A DNA stretch of 63,964 nucleotides, the filler included, from Octopus bimaculoides (taxonomy: Eukaryota), in the NCBI RefSeq assembly GCF_001194135.2. It is 4 parts of 3 records of this genome, joined end to end, with 100 filler letters (N's around TTAATTAATTAA, not from the genome) between each part and the next. Parts side by side here need not be neighbours in the genome. Positions count along the whole stretch, not along the records: positions 26,410 to 51,935 come from NC_068984.1; 3 more parts are not named here. One strand, 5' to 3'. Shown here one piece after another: positions 26,559 through 39,299 of this stretch. A program made the position numbers and the translations under genes. Each line of letters opens with the position of its first letter. Position 1 is the stretch's first letter. The notes under the pieces were generated by a model. That model saw nothing but the letters and a program-made list of their open reading frames with translations, did not search any database and was not told the DNA's origin.

Positions 26559-27052
26559 AGATGCAGGCGTAGTTGTATGGTAAGAAGCTTGCTTCCCAAT
26601 GACATGGTTCAGGGTTCAGTCCTATTGCATGACGCCTTGGGTGAGTGTCTTCTACTATAGCCACAGGCTGACCAAAGCCTTGTGAGTGGATTTCGTAGAC
26701 GGAAACTGAAAGTAGTCTGTTGCATATAGGTAAATATGTGTGTGTGTGTGTATATATATATTCACATCCTTCCAAGATTACATTTGCTACTACCCCTACA
26801 CACCATATCCCTGACCTCACCACCTTTCATCTACCTGTTGTTCATTTCCCTCCCTTTTTATATATTATATCTGAAATTAGATGCCTAAAACATCTTTGAA
26901 ATGTAGTTTACTACTTAATCAGAGTATATTTGGGACTAAACAACTACAACAACATGAATACTTAAGTTAATATCTTATTTTTTTCCTACTAAAAATGGAA
27001 AACCAAATCATTTACACCAAACTTCATTTCTGCCTAAATCTAAAATACTTAC

Positions 27053-27172
27053 CTCAGGTATGTGGCAATCTTTTGGGTCTTGTCCTGGAACCCATGCTGG
27101 GCCTCTTAATAGAACACTCAAGAGGTTTCCTCCTTGTCGCCATTTCTTCCAAAGGTGCTTCCAATAGCAAAG
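27053..27172 (-). CDS. AGMO: AGMO coding exon 8 (last exon found)
   Basis: LCYWKHLWKKWRQGGNLLSVLLRGPAWVPGQDPKDCHIPE, similar to human ...SVIFKGPGWGPGKPRLGLSEEIPE; atatag / gtaagt; phase 0 at both ends; 120 bp. Confidence 0.85.
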
Positions 27173-30100
27173 CTATATGTAAATATAAAGAGATAATTAA
27201 TTACTAAGAATATGAAAAAAAAAAAAGCAAAACAAAGCAAAATGGAAAAATTAGCTGTGTGGTTAAGAAACTCACTGTGCAAACATATGGTTTTGAGTTC
27301 ACTTCCGTTGCATGGCACCTGGGCTGATTTGTGCTTTGTGAGGTGAATTTGGTTGATGGGAACTAGTGTAGCAAGCCCATTGTGTNNNNNNNNNNNNNNN
27401 NNNNNNNNNNNNNNNNNNNNNNNNNNNNNNNNNNNNNNNNNNNNNNNNNNNNNNNNNNNNNNNNNNNNNNNNNNNNNNNNNNNNNNNNNNNNNNNNNNNN
27501 NNNNNNNNNNNNNNNNNNNNNNNNNNNNNNNNNNNNNNNNNNNNNNNNNNNNNNNNNNNNNNNNNNNNNNNNNNNNNNNNNNNNNNNNNNNNNNNNNNNN
27601 NNNNNNNNNNNNNNNNNNNNNNNNNNNNNNNNNNNNNNNNNNNNNNNNNNNNNNNNNNNNNNNNNNNNNNNNNNNNNNNNNNNNNNNNNNNNNNNNNNNN
27701 NNNNNNNNNNNNNNNNNNNNNNNNNNNNNNNNNNNNNNNNNNNNNNNNNNNNNNNNNNNNNNNNCATCGATGAAAATCCACTGTCACATATAGAAAAATT
27801 AATAATTAAAAGCACAATAAATGAGTATAATATAATAAAAAGTAAATATCATAAGATACAGATAATAAAATGACTACACGTGTTTCATAACTAATTTTCA
27901 AATAGAAAGGAAATTTAAATCGATTAAAATCAATTAAAATTATCGAAAATAAATTCTATTCAAAAATATATATATATATATGTGCAGGTGTGATTCTGTT
28001 GTAAGAAGTTTGTCTCTCAACAACATGGTTCTGGGTTCAGTCCCACTGTGTGGCACCTTGGGTAAGTGTCTTCTGCTATAGCCTCGGGCTGACCAAATCC
28101 TTGTTAGTGGATTTGGTAGATGGAAACTGAAAGAAGCCCATCGTATATATATATGTATATATCCATGTGTGCGTATTTCTGTGTCTGTGTTTGTCCCCCT
28201 CCACTGCTTGACAACTGTTAGTGGTGTGTTTACATCCCCCTCACTTAGTGGTTCAGCAAAAGGGACCGATAGAATAAGTACTAGGCTTTAAAAAAATAAG
28301 ACCTAGGGCTGATTTGTTTGACTAAAACCCTTCAAGGTGGATCCCCACCATGGCTACAGTCAAATGACTGAAACAAGTACAAAATAAAAGATATATATGT
28401 GTGTGTTTGCATGTGTGTGTGAGTATGTGTGTGTTTGTGTATATATATGTGTGTGTGTAAGTATGTATGTATGTATGTGTTTCTTTCCTCTTTTACTTGT
28501 TTCAGTCATTTGACTGTGGCCATGCTGGAGCACCGCCTTTAGTTGAGCAAATCGACCCCAGGACTTATTCTTTGGAAGCCTAATACTTATTCTATCGGTC
28601 TCTTTTGCTGAACCGCTAAGTTACGGGGGACGTAAACACACCAGCATCGGTTGTCAAGCGATGTTGGGGGGACAGACACAGACACATAAACACATATATA
28701 TACATATACATATATATATATATACGACGGGCTTCTTTCAGTTTCCGTCTACTAAATTCACTCATAAGGCTTTGGTCAGCCCAAGGCTATAGTAGAAGAC
28801 ACTTACCCAAGGTGCCATGCAGTGGGACTGAACCCAGTACTATGTGGCTGGTAAGCAAGCTACTTACCACACAGCCACTCCTGCGCCTATGTGTGTATAT
28901 ATAATATATATATATTATACACACACACACACACACACACACATAGACATAAGCCTTGTCAAGCACCAGTCACTGATGTTACCCTTGACTGAACCAATGA
29001 GATTGTTTTCTGGTCAAAACTCAGGTACTCAGTTAAAAACAAATAAGCACTGAGTCCACTGAACCAATGGCTTTATAAGGGAATCAACCAACTGGAACAG
29101 TGGAAAACTGACAAAAACAAGTTACCAAGTCCTTTAACAACAATAAAATGAGAAAATCAACCAACCAGAGCACTGGATCTCAACTAAATCAAAATGTTTA
29201 ACAAATAAATGATGTCACCAGGAAGTCAACTAGCCAGAATGCTGGACTTTGCAAAAACAAAAATATTTGACCAAGACATTCATGACATATTAAGGTGGCC
29301 AGCCAAATGGAGAAAAACAATCAGAACTCGATCCTTTACCATAAAACACACACACACACACACACACACAAGCACACATATATATACACACACTCACAAA
29401 GCAATTTTAATGTAAAATATTTTGAACTCTTACGACAGAAATTGCCCCCAAATTTTTTTCTTTCCCTCTATTTTTTTCTCTTACTCTTTTTAAAAAGTTC
29501 ATTGTATCTAATTGTTAATATAACTCAATATTGCTGGACTTTCAGTCATGTGACTGTTATGAACTTAATTGAACATTTGAACTTATTTTAATGTCTATCT
29601 CCCTCGAGACTTTAAACTTTCCTAAATTCTTTTCTTATTCATATCTTTATTTTTGTCATTGATAAACAAAACATTATCAAAACCGGTTTGGTATTTGAAT
29701 AAATCTGTTACAAAATTTTAAAATAATCACATGTTTTAGATTCAGGTGCATTTTGAAACTCTGAAACAATTTCTCATATATCATCATCATCATTCAACGT
29801 TCACCTTCTATGCTGGCATGGGTTGGATGGTTTGACAGGAGCCAGCCAGGTAGAAGACTACAGCAGGCTACTGTGTCTGTTTTGACATGGTTTTTATGTC
29901 TGGATGCCCTTCCTAACACTAACTACCTTGCAGAATGAACTGAGTGCTTTTACATGGCATATATGTGTGTGTAAAAAGCATCCAGCACACTCTGTCAAGT
30001 GTTTGGCCTTAGGAAAGGCATCCATCTACAGAAATCATGCCAAAGCAGACATAGGACCTGGCGGAGTCCTCTGGGTCATCTCTTCTTGTCAAACTGTCCA

Positions 30101-30547
30101 ACATATATACTGTTGAAGGTTTTTTGAACTGTGATATTTGCCTTGAGAAAGCATGACTTATAGGCATATAGTGCTTGAAAAACACAGTTACTGTCTGAAT
30201 AAATAGGTATACATTGATTGTTGGTTAACTCGTTGAACTAAAGGTTCATCTCAATCATCACATTGTGTAGTGTATTCAGTTAAGACGCTGAACTCTCACT
30301 GACTCAGTGAACCTAGAAATAAATAGGTACAATATGGAGCTAGAATGCACCATTGTACCAGGAGCACAGTACAATTAACAATCCATTTATTAGCTTGCAG
30401 TACTGAATTGAGATCTTTATTTTTTGACTCAGAAAATGTAACAGGACACTGGTAGCTTCTCAAGGTAAACTTTGAAGACTTCATCTGGATAATTTTTATG
30501 CAATGTTATGTACTATGCTGTCTTATGCTGATATAAATAAAATAAAT

Positions 30548-30792
30548 GCGCCCTTTTAAAGCCTAGCCAGGCTCATGGGCCCGGTTTCCCGGTTTCAATG
30601 GCATATGTATTCCCCGCTGGACAGGACGCCAGTCCATCGCAGCGTTACTCATTTTTGCCAGCTGAGTGGACTGGAGCAACGTGAAATGAAGTGTTTTGCT
30701 CAAGAACACAACGCATCGCCTGGTCCAGGAATCGAAACCACAATCTTACAATCATGGTGCTGACACCCTAACCACTAAGCTATGTGCCTCCA
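30548..30792 (-). mobile_element. tRNA-derived SINE family D
   Basis: On minus: ggcacatagcttagtggttagggtgtc...ggtttcgattcctgg...; homologous heads at ~32053-32200 and ~61848-62000 (+). Confidence 0.7.
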
Positions 30793-31378
30793 CTTATGCT
30801 GATATAGTTACATATAACAGTTGACTCAGTAGATATCACACAAGGTTATCCACCATCTTCCCAACAACAATAACTTTGGTCACTTTTTTTAATTAAATAT
30901 CTTTACCACCTGTGGACATGCTTATAAAATCAAAAACAACTTAGTACCCATGATATTCAGGATCTTTTTTCATGCTCAGAAATATCACAGTATACAATAA
31001 AACACCTCACATCAGTTGTCAGCTGTCAGAACACTGCATCCTTCAAAAATTTCATGTTTCCTAAAATTCATCAATACTGTTCTTGACATGCATATGCACC
31101 CTTTCCTTTCCGTGGTTCTTTTGTTGTTCACTTTTCTGTCCTTTTGTGTTTTATTCTGTGTACTATGCATGTACTTCTAGCTTTCATTACTGTCTTTCAT
31201 TACTCGACTTATTGCTGCTTTCTGTTCCCCTTCTTTTATCCTTTTCTGACAAGTTGTAGTGCATGTGAGCACTGTATACAACAGGCTCATTATTATTTTT
31301 TTTTAAACTTTGAGAGTATGGTATGTTACAAGTTGATAGAAATGACAGATTTTCATATTGCCACAAAGAAACACTTAC

Positions 31379-31458
31379 CTGTACTTTAAAAGGTTCAAAA
31401 GTGTTGATGGGTGAAACCAGACCAAAAATCACCTCTTCTTCCTCAGCTTGAAAAGTCC
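31379..31458 (-). CDS. AGMO: AGMO coding exon 7
   Basis: (G)TFQAEEEEVIFGLVSPINTFEPFKVQ; gcacag / gtaagt; 80 bp. Confidence 0.94.
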
Positions 31459-32692
31459 CTGTGCATGAATATCAGTTAAAAACATATGTATATAGACATA
31501 AATTCATACTTATATTAATGAGGTCAAGCTTTTTTTATCAGGAAGTATTTTAAACATTTTCATCTATCGATAGGTATGTAAACCCATTTATGCATTCAGT
31601 ACTTTTAATAAACTGACATAAGTTATTAAAATTGCACATGTTGATAGAGTATCTCTACTTCTGTAGTAACTCTTTTACCTATTCTTCTTCATTGCCTGAA
31701 AATAATGAGTCGCAAGCAGAAGCGACATTCCTTCATTTAATTCTTGAAAAAGGTGGGTTGCAGGCTGTCTGATATCCACAAAAGGCTATAGTTTGTTTAT
31801 GGAGATAACATTATTAACAAGAGCAAAGTACATCGATAAATGAAGTTTAAACTCTTTAGCATTTAAATCAGCTGTATCCAGCAACAAATATTTTACCTGT
31901 TTTATGTTCAAACCAGCTAGATCCAACTTCTCTCATCTATCCTACAATGTCATTCTAAAATTATACAGTCACACCATCAAAATATTGAAGGTACGAGATT
32001 ATGCAAGATTAATTCAAAACAATGTGAATAAATAAGCATTACACTTGACAGAATGAAGGCTTAGTGGTTAGGGTATTCAGTTCATGACCGTTGGGTTATG
32101 AGTTCTATTCCTGGTGGTGTCTTCTATCCTTGAGCAAGACACTTTATTTCATGTTGTTCCAGTCCACTCAGCAGACAAAAATGAGTAGTACCTGGATTTC
32201 AAAATGGTTGATATTTTCTTCAAACTTTGCTTTTATTACATTTATTCAAACACCAAAGAATCCCTCTCAACACATGGCTATGATGCTCTCCCACTACTCC
32301 TGCTCATGATCAGAGACACACATATTGTCAGCCACTAAGGGACATGCTTAAGTGGTTAAAGTCAAGCAAATCTGCGATATCGAACAGAATATTTGCTATA
32401 ATGATATTTCTGCTTCAGCAGCTCGGTACTGAATCAGTCTGAAATGTAATGGAAAATAGGTCAGTTTCAGAACATTGATGTCCAGGTCACAAAAGCAAAG
32501 TTTGAAAGGGAATAGTAGCCATTTCCTTCTGTTTCTAGATAGAAGCAAATAACACTTACTGATCAAAGACAAATAATAATAATAATAATAATAAAAAAAT
32601 AAAATGTTTGTTACATGGTATTATTCACTTGGTTATATTGGCATCTAGTATGTTCATTGATGTTCCTCACTGTAGTTTTCAGTGGAATTTAA

Positions 32693-32898
32693 CCCTTTAG
32701 TAGCCAGATTATTCTATCAAATGTAATGCTTATTTACCCACAATATTTTGAATTAAATATGCATTATCTCATAGTTTTGAGATTTTGATGTTGTGGTTAT
32801 TTATTTCCAGAATGTGAAAGGGTGAACCTGGCTGATTTGAATATAAAAGAGGTAGAATATTTGGGCTAGGATGAGAAACAAATCTTTCTCTGGAAGGG
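32693..32898. mobile_element. piggyBac-type MITE (TTAA|CCC...GGG|TTAA)
   Basis: TTAA at 32689-92 and 32899-902; termini CCCTT...AAGGG; related copies at ~31850-32050, ~33635-33850 and 41664-41884. Confidence 0.6.
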
Positions 32899-33157
32899 TT
32901 AATAGTTTGTAATCAGTCAACAGTGGTCCAGTGTCCTAATGCCAAAGGCACTTGCTTCTAGCAGGCTCAGTGTATCTAGCTGTAAATATGCACCATGGAA
33001 AATTACAAGGAGAATGAGCACTGTATAATTTAAAATTGTTTTGTTAGCATTCTATGCTTACTTAAAGGTATTCTGCTGGCTGAAAGAGTGAAAATAATAC
33101 GTTGTCTTATAGTTAGCTTGAAATAAAGATTGACTGTTATGTAAACCTCCTCGAGAA

Positions 33158-33337
33158 GGCTGGAAATCAGAGCATTTTCCAATCAATGTTGGATGTAGAG
33201 GGTTTGTTGGACACAGTGTGAGACGACTGTTGTTATCGTTAGGCCTAACTCATCGTAAGGTAAATACCACCATGACCAATATCCTAACTACAGTGGAGAA
33301 GGCTAGCCACTGGATTTGGTTAAAAAAGAGACGATGA
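33158..33337 (+). mobile_element. Hero-like (RLE-bearing) non-LTR retrotransposon C-terminal fragment
   Basis: Open 59-aa frame GWKSEHFPINVGCRGFVGHSVRRLLLSLGLTHRKVNTTMTNILTTVEKASHWIWLKKRR*; V-G-C-R-G-F-V...AS-x-WIW-x-K is the terminal motif I recall for Hero ORFs. Confidence 0.65.
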
Positions 33338-34039
33338 GTGATGGCGAGAGAAATATTGAGCTTTATTTAATAACCAATTGATCTAGCAACCGGGGCCTCA
33401 TATCAGTGAGTGGGGCTGGTGCACATTGATGGCGTCGAGAGGTAGGCCCCGAAACAGCGTGCATTCTCTCCTGATAACCCCATACATTTGCTGGCTTCTG
33501 ATATGTGGAGTTCTTGACTGGTAGCACCACTTGCATATGCGAGTTGTTTGCAAGACATGCTTGTAATGAATCTAGGCATTAATTCTGATTCAGAATGCAT
33601 GTAGAGGCTAATATGTAATAGTGCATTCGATATTAACCTTTTAACATTCAGATTACCCTGCCAGTTGTTATGTTTATTTCCCGACATTGTTTTGAATTAA
33701 TCATGCATTCTCTTGTACGATCACAATGATGTGATAGTTTACTTTTAGAATGACATTGTAGGCTAGGTGTGAGAGATCAAATGTGGCTAGTTTGAACATA
33801 AAACAGGTAAAATATTTGGGCCTAAAATAGCCAGTTTGAAAACTAAAAGGTCAGACACATCTGGCACAAGTGTTCACCCTACAATTGTTGGATTACTTAC
33901 TCATTTGTAAGAGATTCCACTACCAATTTCCTTTCCAAAATTTTGAGAGTTCAAAGATGATCAATAGAAATATTTAGAAGAAAAAATAAGAAATAAAAAT
34001 AAATGTAAATAAAAAAATGAAAATATTCTGAGAATTTAC

Positions 34040-34172
34040 CAAATAATTTGTCCCAAATTATAAGGCTTCCACCATAATTTTTGTCAATACAATAAGGATT
34101 TCTTCCATGGTGAACTCTATGGTGACTTGGTGTGTTTAGAAAATATTCAAGTGGTCCAAGAGATCGAATATA
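34040..34172 (-). CDS. AGMO: AGMO coding exon 6 (HHRVHH box)
   Basis: [44 protein letters not shown](G); tttcag / gtaaat; 133 bp. Confidence 0.95.
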
Positions 34173-34774
34173 CTGAAATAAGGAATGATATAAATTGATT
34201 AATTATTTGCATAACATGAAGAAAATCCCAGAAGCACTACTTTTGGCCTAACCTGCTGGAATGTTCTCCAAAGCAAGATTTAGTATATTTACATACACAT
34301 AATATATGTTCTTTCTGCTGTTTTTCTCCAGGAAACCTATGAACAAAGGCATTCCAGTAGTGACCAATCCATCTTTTTCCTATGTACAGAGAACCCAAGA
34401 ACACATTATCCATTGTGTTATTTCCATAGTAGATAGTCAGATTCAAGGGGATTTGGCTGCTACATCCAGTAGTTTGAGCAACAACTTAAAGGCTCCCTTG
34501 TTAGCTCGACACAGTATGTAACATGATATTTATAGTGAAAGGTATAAGTAAATCTTCATGGGTTACTATCAAATCATCACATTTTGTATGTGGTAAGTTT
34601 TATAAGGTATCTCAACATGGGCATAACTATGTGGTTAAGCAGTTTTCTTTGCAACCATGTGGCTCTGGTGAACCTCACTATGTAGCACTTTGGACAAGTG
34701 TCTTTTGCTACGACATCAAGTTGACCAATACCTTGTGAATAGGATTTAATAAATAGAAACAGTGCAGTGGCCCA

Positions 34775-34830
<56 letters not shown>

Positions 34831-35165
34831 GATATGCCTGGGAAATTATGCATTGTCCACCATATTCTCCAGACCTCACACCTACAGATTACCATTGCTT
34901 TAGAAGTTTACAAAATTATTTGAGTTGATACTGTGTGATAGATGTGAGTATCACCATCATACAAGTAGCGTTATTTTTTTAGTCTTCTGTGAAACATATC
35001 TGACCAAGGGGGCATCTAATTTTACTTGGAAACAGGTGAGGGTTGGTGACAGGAAGGATACCCAGCTGTAGAAAATCTGAAACAGGAAGAGCATTCAGCT
35101 GTAAAATCCCTTCTCATCTAACCCATACTAGCATGGAAAAATGAATGAATGAATGAATGAATGAA

Positions 35166-35577
35166 TACTCTTTTACTCTTTTACTCTTTTACTTGTTTCA
35201 GTCATTTGACTGCGGCCATGCTGGAGCACCACCTTTAGTCAAGCATATCGACCCCGGGACTTATTCTTTGTAAGCCTAGTACTTATTCTATCGGTCTCTT
35301 TTTGCCGAACCGCTAAGTTACAGGGAAGTAAACACACCAGCATCGGTTGTCAAGCGATGTTGGGGGGAGAAACAGACACACAAACATATACACACGCATA
35401 CATATACATATATACGACGGGCGTCTTTCAGTTTCCGTCTACCAAATCCACTCACAAGGCTTTGGTCGGCCCGAGGCTATAGTAGAAGACACTTGCCCAA
35501 GATGCCACGCAGTGGGACTGAACCCGGAACCGTGTGGTTGGTAAGCAAGCTACTTACCACACAGCCACTCCTGCGCC
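35166..35577 (-). mobile_element. SINE family A (full-length copy)
   Basis: Reverse complement of the 44362-44770 unit; other minus copies at ~12720-13050, 28482-28887, 45480-45850, 57705-57935. Confidence 0.85.
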
Positions 35578-35712
35578 TGTAGTAAAAATACTGTGTAGTA
35601 AAATACAAATTTCTGACAATAATTGAATATTTATCAATGAAAAGGTTAAGAAGCCGGTAGGATGTTTCTTGCTTCAAAGAGGAAAGTTTTATAATTGTAA
35701 TGAATGACTTAC

Positions 35713-35808
35713 TTCTGTGTGAATCCAAAACTGGTAAAGCAGATTTAATTGCTCATGTACCATATATATAGATACTGGGATAAATAATGCCATCGGAGTA
35801 TAGAACGC
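35713..35808 (-). CDS. AGMO: AGMO coding exon 5
   Basis: AFYTPMALFIPVSIYMVHEQLNLLYQFWIHTE; atacag / gtaagt; 96 bp. Confidence 0.95.
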
Positions 35809-36444
35809 CTGTATGAGAAAAAGAGTAAAACATAGATAATAATATTTAAGAAAAAACTAATACTTATGTGTTACATTGTCATAACATTTAAGACTCAACT
35901 CAGGTCTATGGTAGAAATCACTTGCTCAAGGTGAGGCTTAGTGGGACCAAAACTACAACACCTTGATTATAAGGCAAATTACCTAATCACTAAGCTATGC
36001 AACAGCACTCAGAGTTGTTGGCAAATAGATTCTTCAGTCCTCCTTTCAAGTTTGCTCTTTAGGAGAAGACAAATAAAACGATGTTGGAATTGAACTAATA
36101 AATAAATGCAGGGATTATAGAAAAAAATATTAATGGAATGAAGGCTTTTGTTTTTGTCTCAAAGTAAAAACTTCTGGAAGCAATTAACATTTGAAATGCT
36201 ATGTTTGCAGAAAAATGTGTAGGGTTGAGGAAGGAAAGGTGCTTATGGGGTAGGGAACATAACTGACTATAATCACATTGAAGATAACAATGATGATGGT
36301 GGTAATGGTGGTGAAGGTAGTGATGGTGGTGATGTTAGTGATAGTGATGATTGTACATATAGAAGTGGAGGTTGCAGTGGGGGTGATTATAATATTGGTG
36401 GTGGTGGTGGTGGTGGTGATGGTGGTAGTACTGGTGGGTATACT

Positions 36445-36678
36445 GGCGGCGAGCTGGCAGAAACGTTAGCACACCTGGCGAAATGCTTAGCTGTATTTCG
36501 TCTGCCGCTACGTTCTGAGTTCAAATTCCGTCCAGGTCGACTTTGCCTTTCATCCTTTCGGGGTCGATTAAATAAGTACCAGTTATGCACTGGGGGTCGA
36601 TATAATCGACTTAATCCGTGTTTGTCTGTCCTTGTTTGTCCCTTCTGTGTGTAGCCCCTTGTGGGTAGTAAAGAAATA
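36445..36678 (+). mobile_element. tRNA-derived SINE family B (~235 bp)
   Basis: ggcggcgagctggcagaaacgttagc...gagttcaaattcc...ggggtcga...gtaaagaaata; copies at ~3870-4090, 9620-9820, 18128-18354, 42808-43232, 61411-61757. Confidence 0.85.
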
Positions 36679-36970
36679 ATACTGGTGGTGCTGTTGTTGT
36701 TGTTGTTGATGCTGCTGCTGCTGATGATGATAAAGGTAGTGGCGGCAGTGGTGGTGATGGTGGATGGTGGTGGATGGTGGCAGTAGTAGTGATGATGATG
36801 ATGATGATGATGATGATGACAAAGCTGGTGAGTGGTAATGATAGGGGAGGCAGTGGTGGTGGTGATGAGATGATGAGATGATGACGATGATGATGATAAT
36901 GATGATGATGATGACTATAATGCTGAAGATTAAAACACTGAATTTAGTTGTACATCAGCCCTGTACCTAC

Positions 36971-37074
36971 CCAACCACTGTAGACCTGAAAGACCGATTG
37001 TCTTGTTGCTGTTGAGAAGTTATAGTCTTCAGAACTGTGATGTACTTGGTGAGCAGACCATAGGATACTAGTCT
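36971..37074 (-). CDS. AGMO: AGMO coding exon 4 (HQVHH box)
   Basis: (E)TSILWSAHQVHHSSEDYNFSTATRQSVFQVYSGW; ttccag / gtaggt; 104 bp. Confidence 0.95.
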
Positions 37075-37203
37075 CTGGAAAAATAAAAGACAAACAAGGG
37101 GGTTAGGAAATAACGAAAGAATGATCACAACAAATTAGGGTCACCATATAGTATTAAAATTGAGCTGTCAAAGTCATGTCTGTATGGAAAAGTGGACATA
37201 AAT

Positions 37204-37252
<49 letters not shown>

Positions 37253-37531
37253 CGACAGTGGTGGTGGTGGTGGTAGTGAGGTTGATGATAATGATCATGA
37301 TAATGACAACGAAGACGATGATGCTGATGATGCTGATGTGGTGGTGGTAGTTGGGGTGGTTATGGTGGTTGTGGTAGTAGAGGTGATGGTGCAACAGCTG
37401 GTGTTTGTGGTAGTGGTGGTGGTGGTAGTGGTAGCAGTGCTTGTGGTGGTGGTAGGTATGCTTGTAGTCATGATGATGATAATGATGGTGATGATGATAA
37501 TGACAATGGTGATTTTGATGAAGATGTGCTG

Positions 37532-37548
37532 AGATCGGAAGAGCACAC
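37532..37548 (+). other. Illumina TruSeq adapter remnant at contig end (artefact)
   Basis: AGATCGGAAGAGCACAC immediately before an N-gap. Confidence 0.95.
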
Positions 37549-38790
37549 NNNNNNNNNNNNNNNNNNNNNNNNNNNNNNNNNNNNNNNNNNNNNNNNNNNN
37601 NNNNNNNNNNNNNNNNNNNNNNNNNNNNNNNNNNNNNNNNNNNNNNNNNNNNNNNNNNNNNNNNNNNNNNNNNNNNNNNNNNNNNNNNNNNNNNNNNNNN
37701 NNNNNNNNNNNNNNNNNNNNNNNNNNNNNNNNNNNNNNNNNNNNNNNNNNNNNNNNNNNNNNNNNNNNNNNNNNNNNNNNNNNNNNNNNNNNNNNNNNNN
37801 NNNNNNNNNNNNNNNNNNNNNNNNNNNNNNNNNNNNNNNNNNNNNNNNNNNNNNNNNNNNNNNNNNNNNNNNNNNNNNNNNNNNNNNNNNNNNNNNNNNN
37901 NNNNNNNNNNNNNNNNNNNNNNNNNNNNNNNNNNNNNNNNNNNNNNNNNNNNNNNNNNNNNNNNNNNNNNNNNNNNNNNNNNNNNNNNNNNNNNNNNNNN
38001 NNNNNNNNNNNNNNNNNNNNNNNNNNNNNNNNNNNNNNNNNNNNNNNNNNNNNNNNNNNNNNNNNNNNNNNNNNNNNNNNNNNNNNNNNNNNNNNNNNNN
38101 NNNNNNNNNNNNNNNNNNNNNNNNNNNNNNNNNNNNNNNNNNNNNNNNNNNNNNNNNNNNNNNNNNNNNNNNNNNNNNNNNNNNNNNNNNNNCTCACAAG
38201 GCTTTGGTTGGCCCGAGTGGATTTGGTAGATGGAAACTGAAAGAAGCCCGTCGTATATATGTATATGTATATGTATATATGTGTGTGTGTGTTTGTGTGT
38301 CTGTGTTTGTCCCCACAACGTCGCTTGACAACTGATGCTGGTGTGTTTACGTCCTTGTAACATAGCAGTTCGGCAAAAGAGACCGATAGAATAAGTATTA
38401 GGCTTACAAAGAATAAGTCCTGGGGTCGATTTGCTCGACTAAAGGCAGTGTTCCAGCATGGCTGCAGTCAAATGACTGAAACAAGTAAAAGAGTAAAAAG
38501 AGTATGCATACATCACGCACGCACACACGCGCACACACACACTCCCCCCCCCCCACTTATATAAAGTATCTGATAGACAAATCAGTAACGGTGTAGTTTC
38601 ATATTTGTTAAATCTGTTAAAAATAGCAACAAAATCTCCCTCTTTAAAAGAGCAGGACACGTTTGATAATATGGGCCTGTGTTCACAGTCTGGAAAAACA
38701 TTCATGAAATAATCACTTTAAAAAAGCAGAGTGCTGAGTCAGGCATGTTGGTATCAAAAGCAATAAAAATCTGAAAGCATCATACTTTAC

Positions 38791-38942
38791 CATGTGCTAG
38801 ACGATGGAACCAGTAGTAGGAAAAGTCAATGGCTAAAAGAGTAATTATCCAAGTATATGGTGAGTTCCATTCCAGTTTTACAATGTGGTAATTATTGTAT
38901 ACCCACTGGTAAATATTCAGAAATATAGACCTCAAAAAGATC
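38791..38942 (-). CDS. AGMO: AGMO coding exon 3 (first His box)
   Basis: IFLRSIFLNIYQWVYNNYHIVKLEWNSPYTWIITLLAIDFSYYWFHRLAH(E); ttacag / gtaaag; 152 bp. Confidence 0.95.
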
Positions 38943-39299
38943 CTGTAATTAATAATAATAATAATAAAAAACTTGAACATTATTATGAAACTATAATATC
39001 AAGTAAATGAATTAAAATCTTATCGTCTTTTTCCCTATTTGAAATCAATTTGCCAATTATACTTCAGTATGGTTAAAGGATTGTCATGTCATATACATAA
39101 TTGTCCATTCCATTTGACTGTTAATTTTTAAATATGTTTTTCTATTTGTTATAAGTTTGTTTCCCAGCTATATGGTTCAGGGTTTAGGTTCAATCCCACT
39201 GTGTGGCACCTTGGGCGAGTGCCTTCTGCTATGGCTTTGGGCTGATTATGAGTGGATTTGGAAGATATAAGCTGAATGAAGTCTTTTGTATATATATAT

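Noticed and set aside
30296-30484. Minus ORF with a hydrophobic stretch (VLLVQWCILAPY) faintly like an AGMO C-terminal exon
   Set aside because: It lies between exons 7 and 8 on the same contig as exon 7 (wrong order), has a weak donor, and the similarity is unconvincing.
36445-36540. tRNA genes at SINE heads (A- and B-box-like motifs)
   Set aside because: No cloverleaf, and they continue into multi-copy SINE bodies.
36278-37532. Poly-Asp/Val/His/Thr ORFs
   Set aside because: Translations of GAT/GGT microsatellite DNA in AGMO introns.
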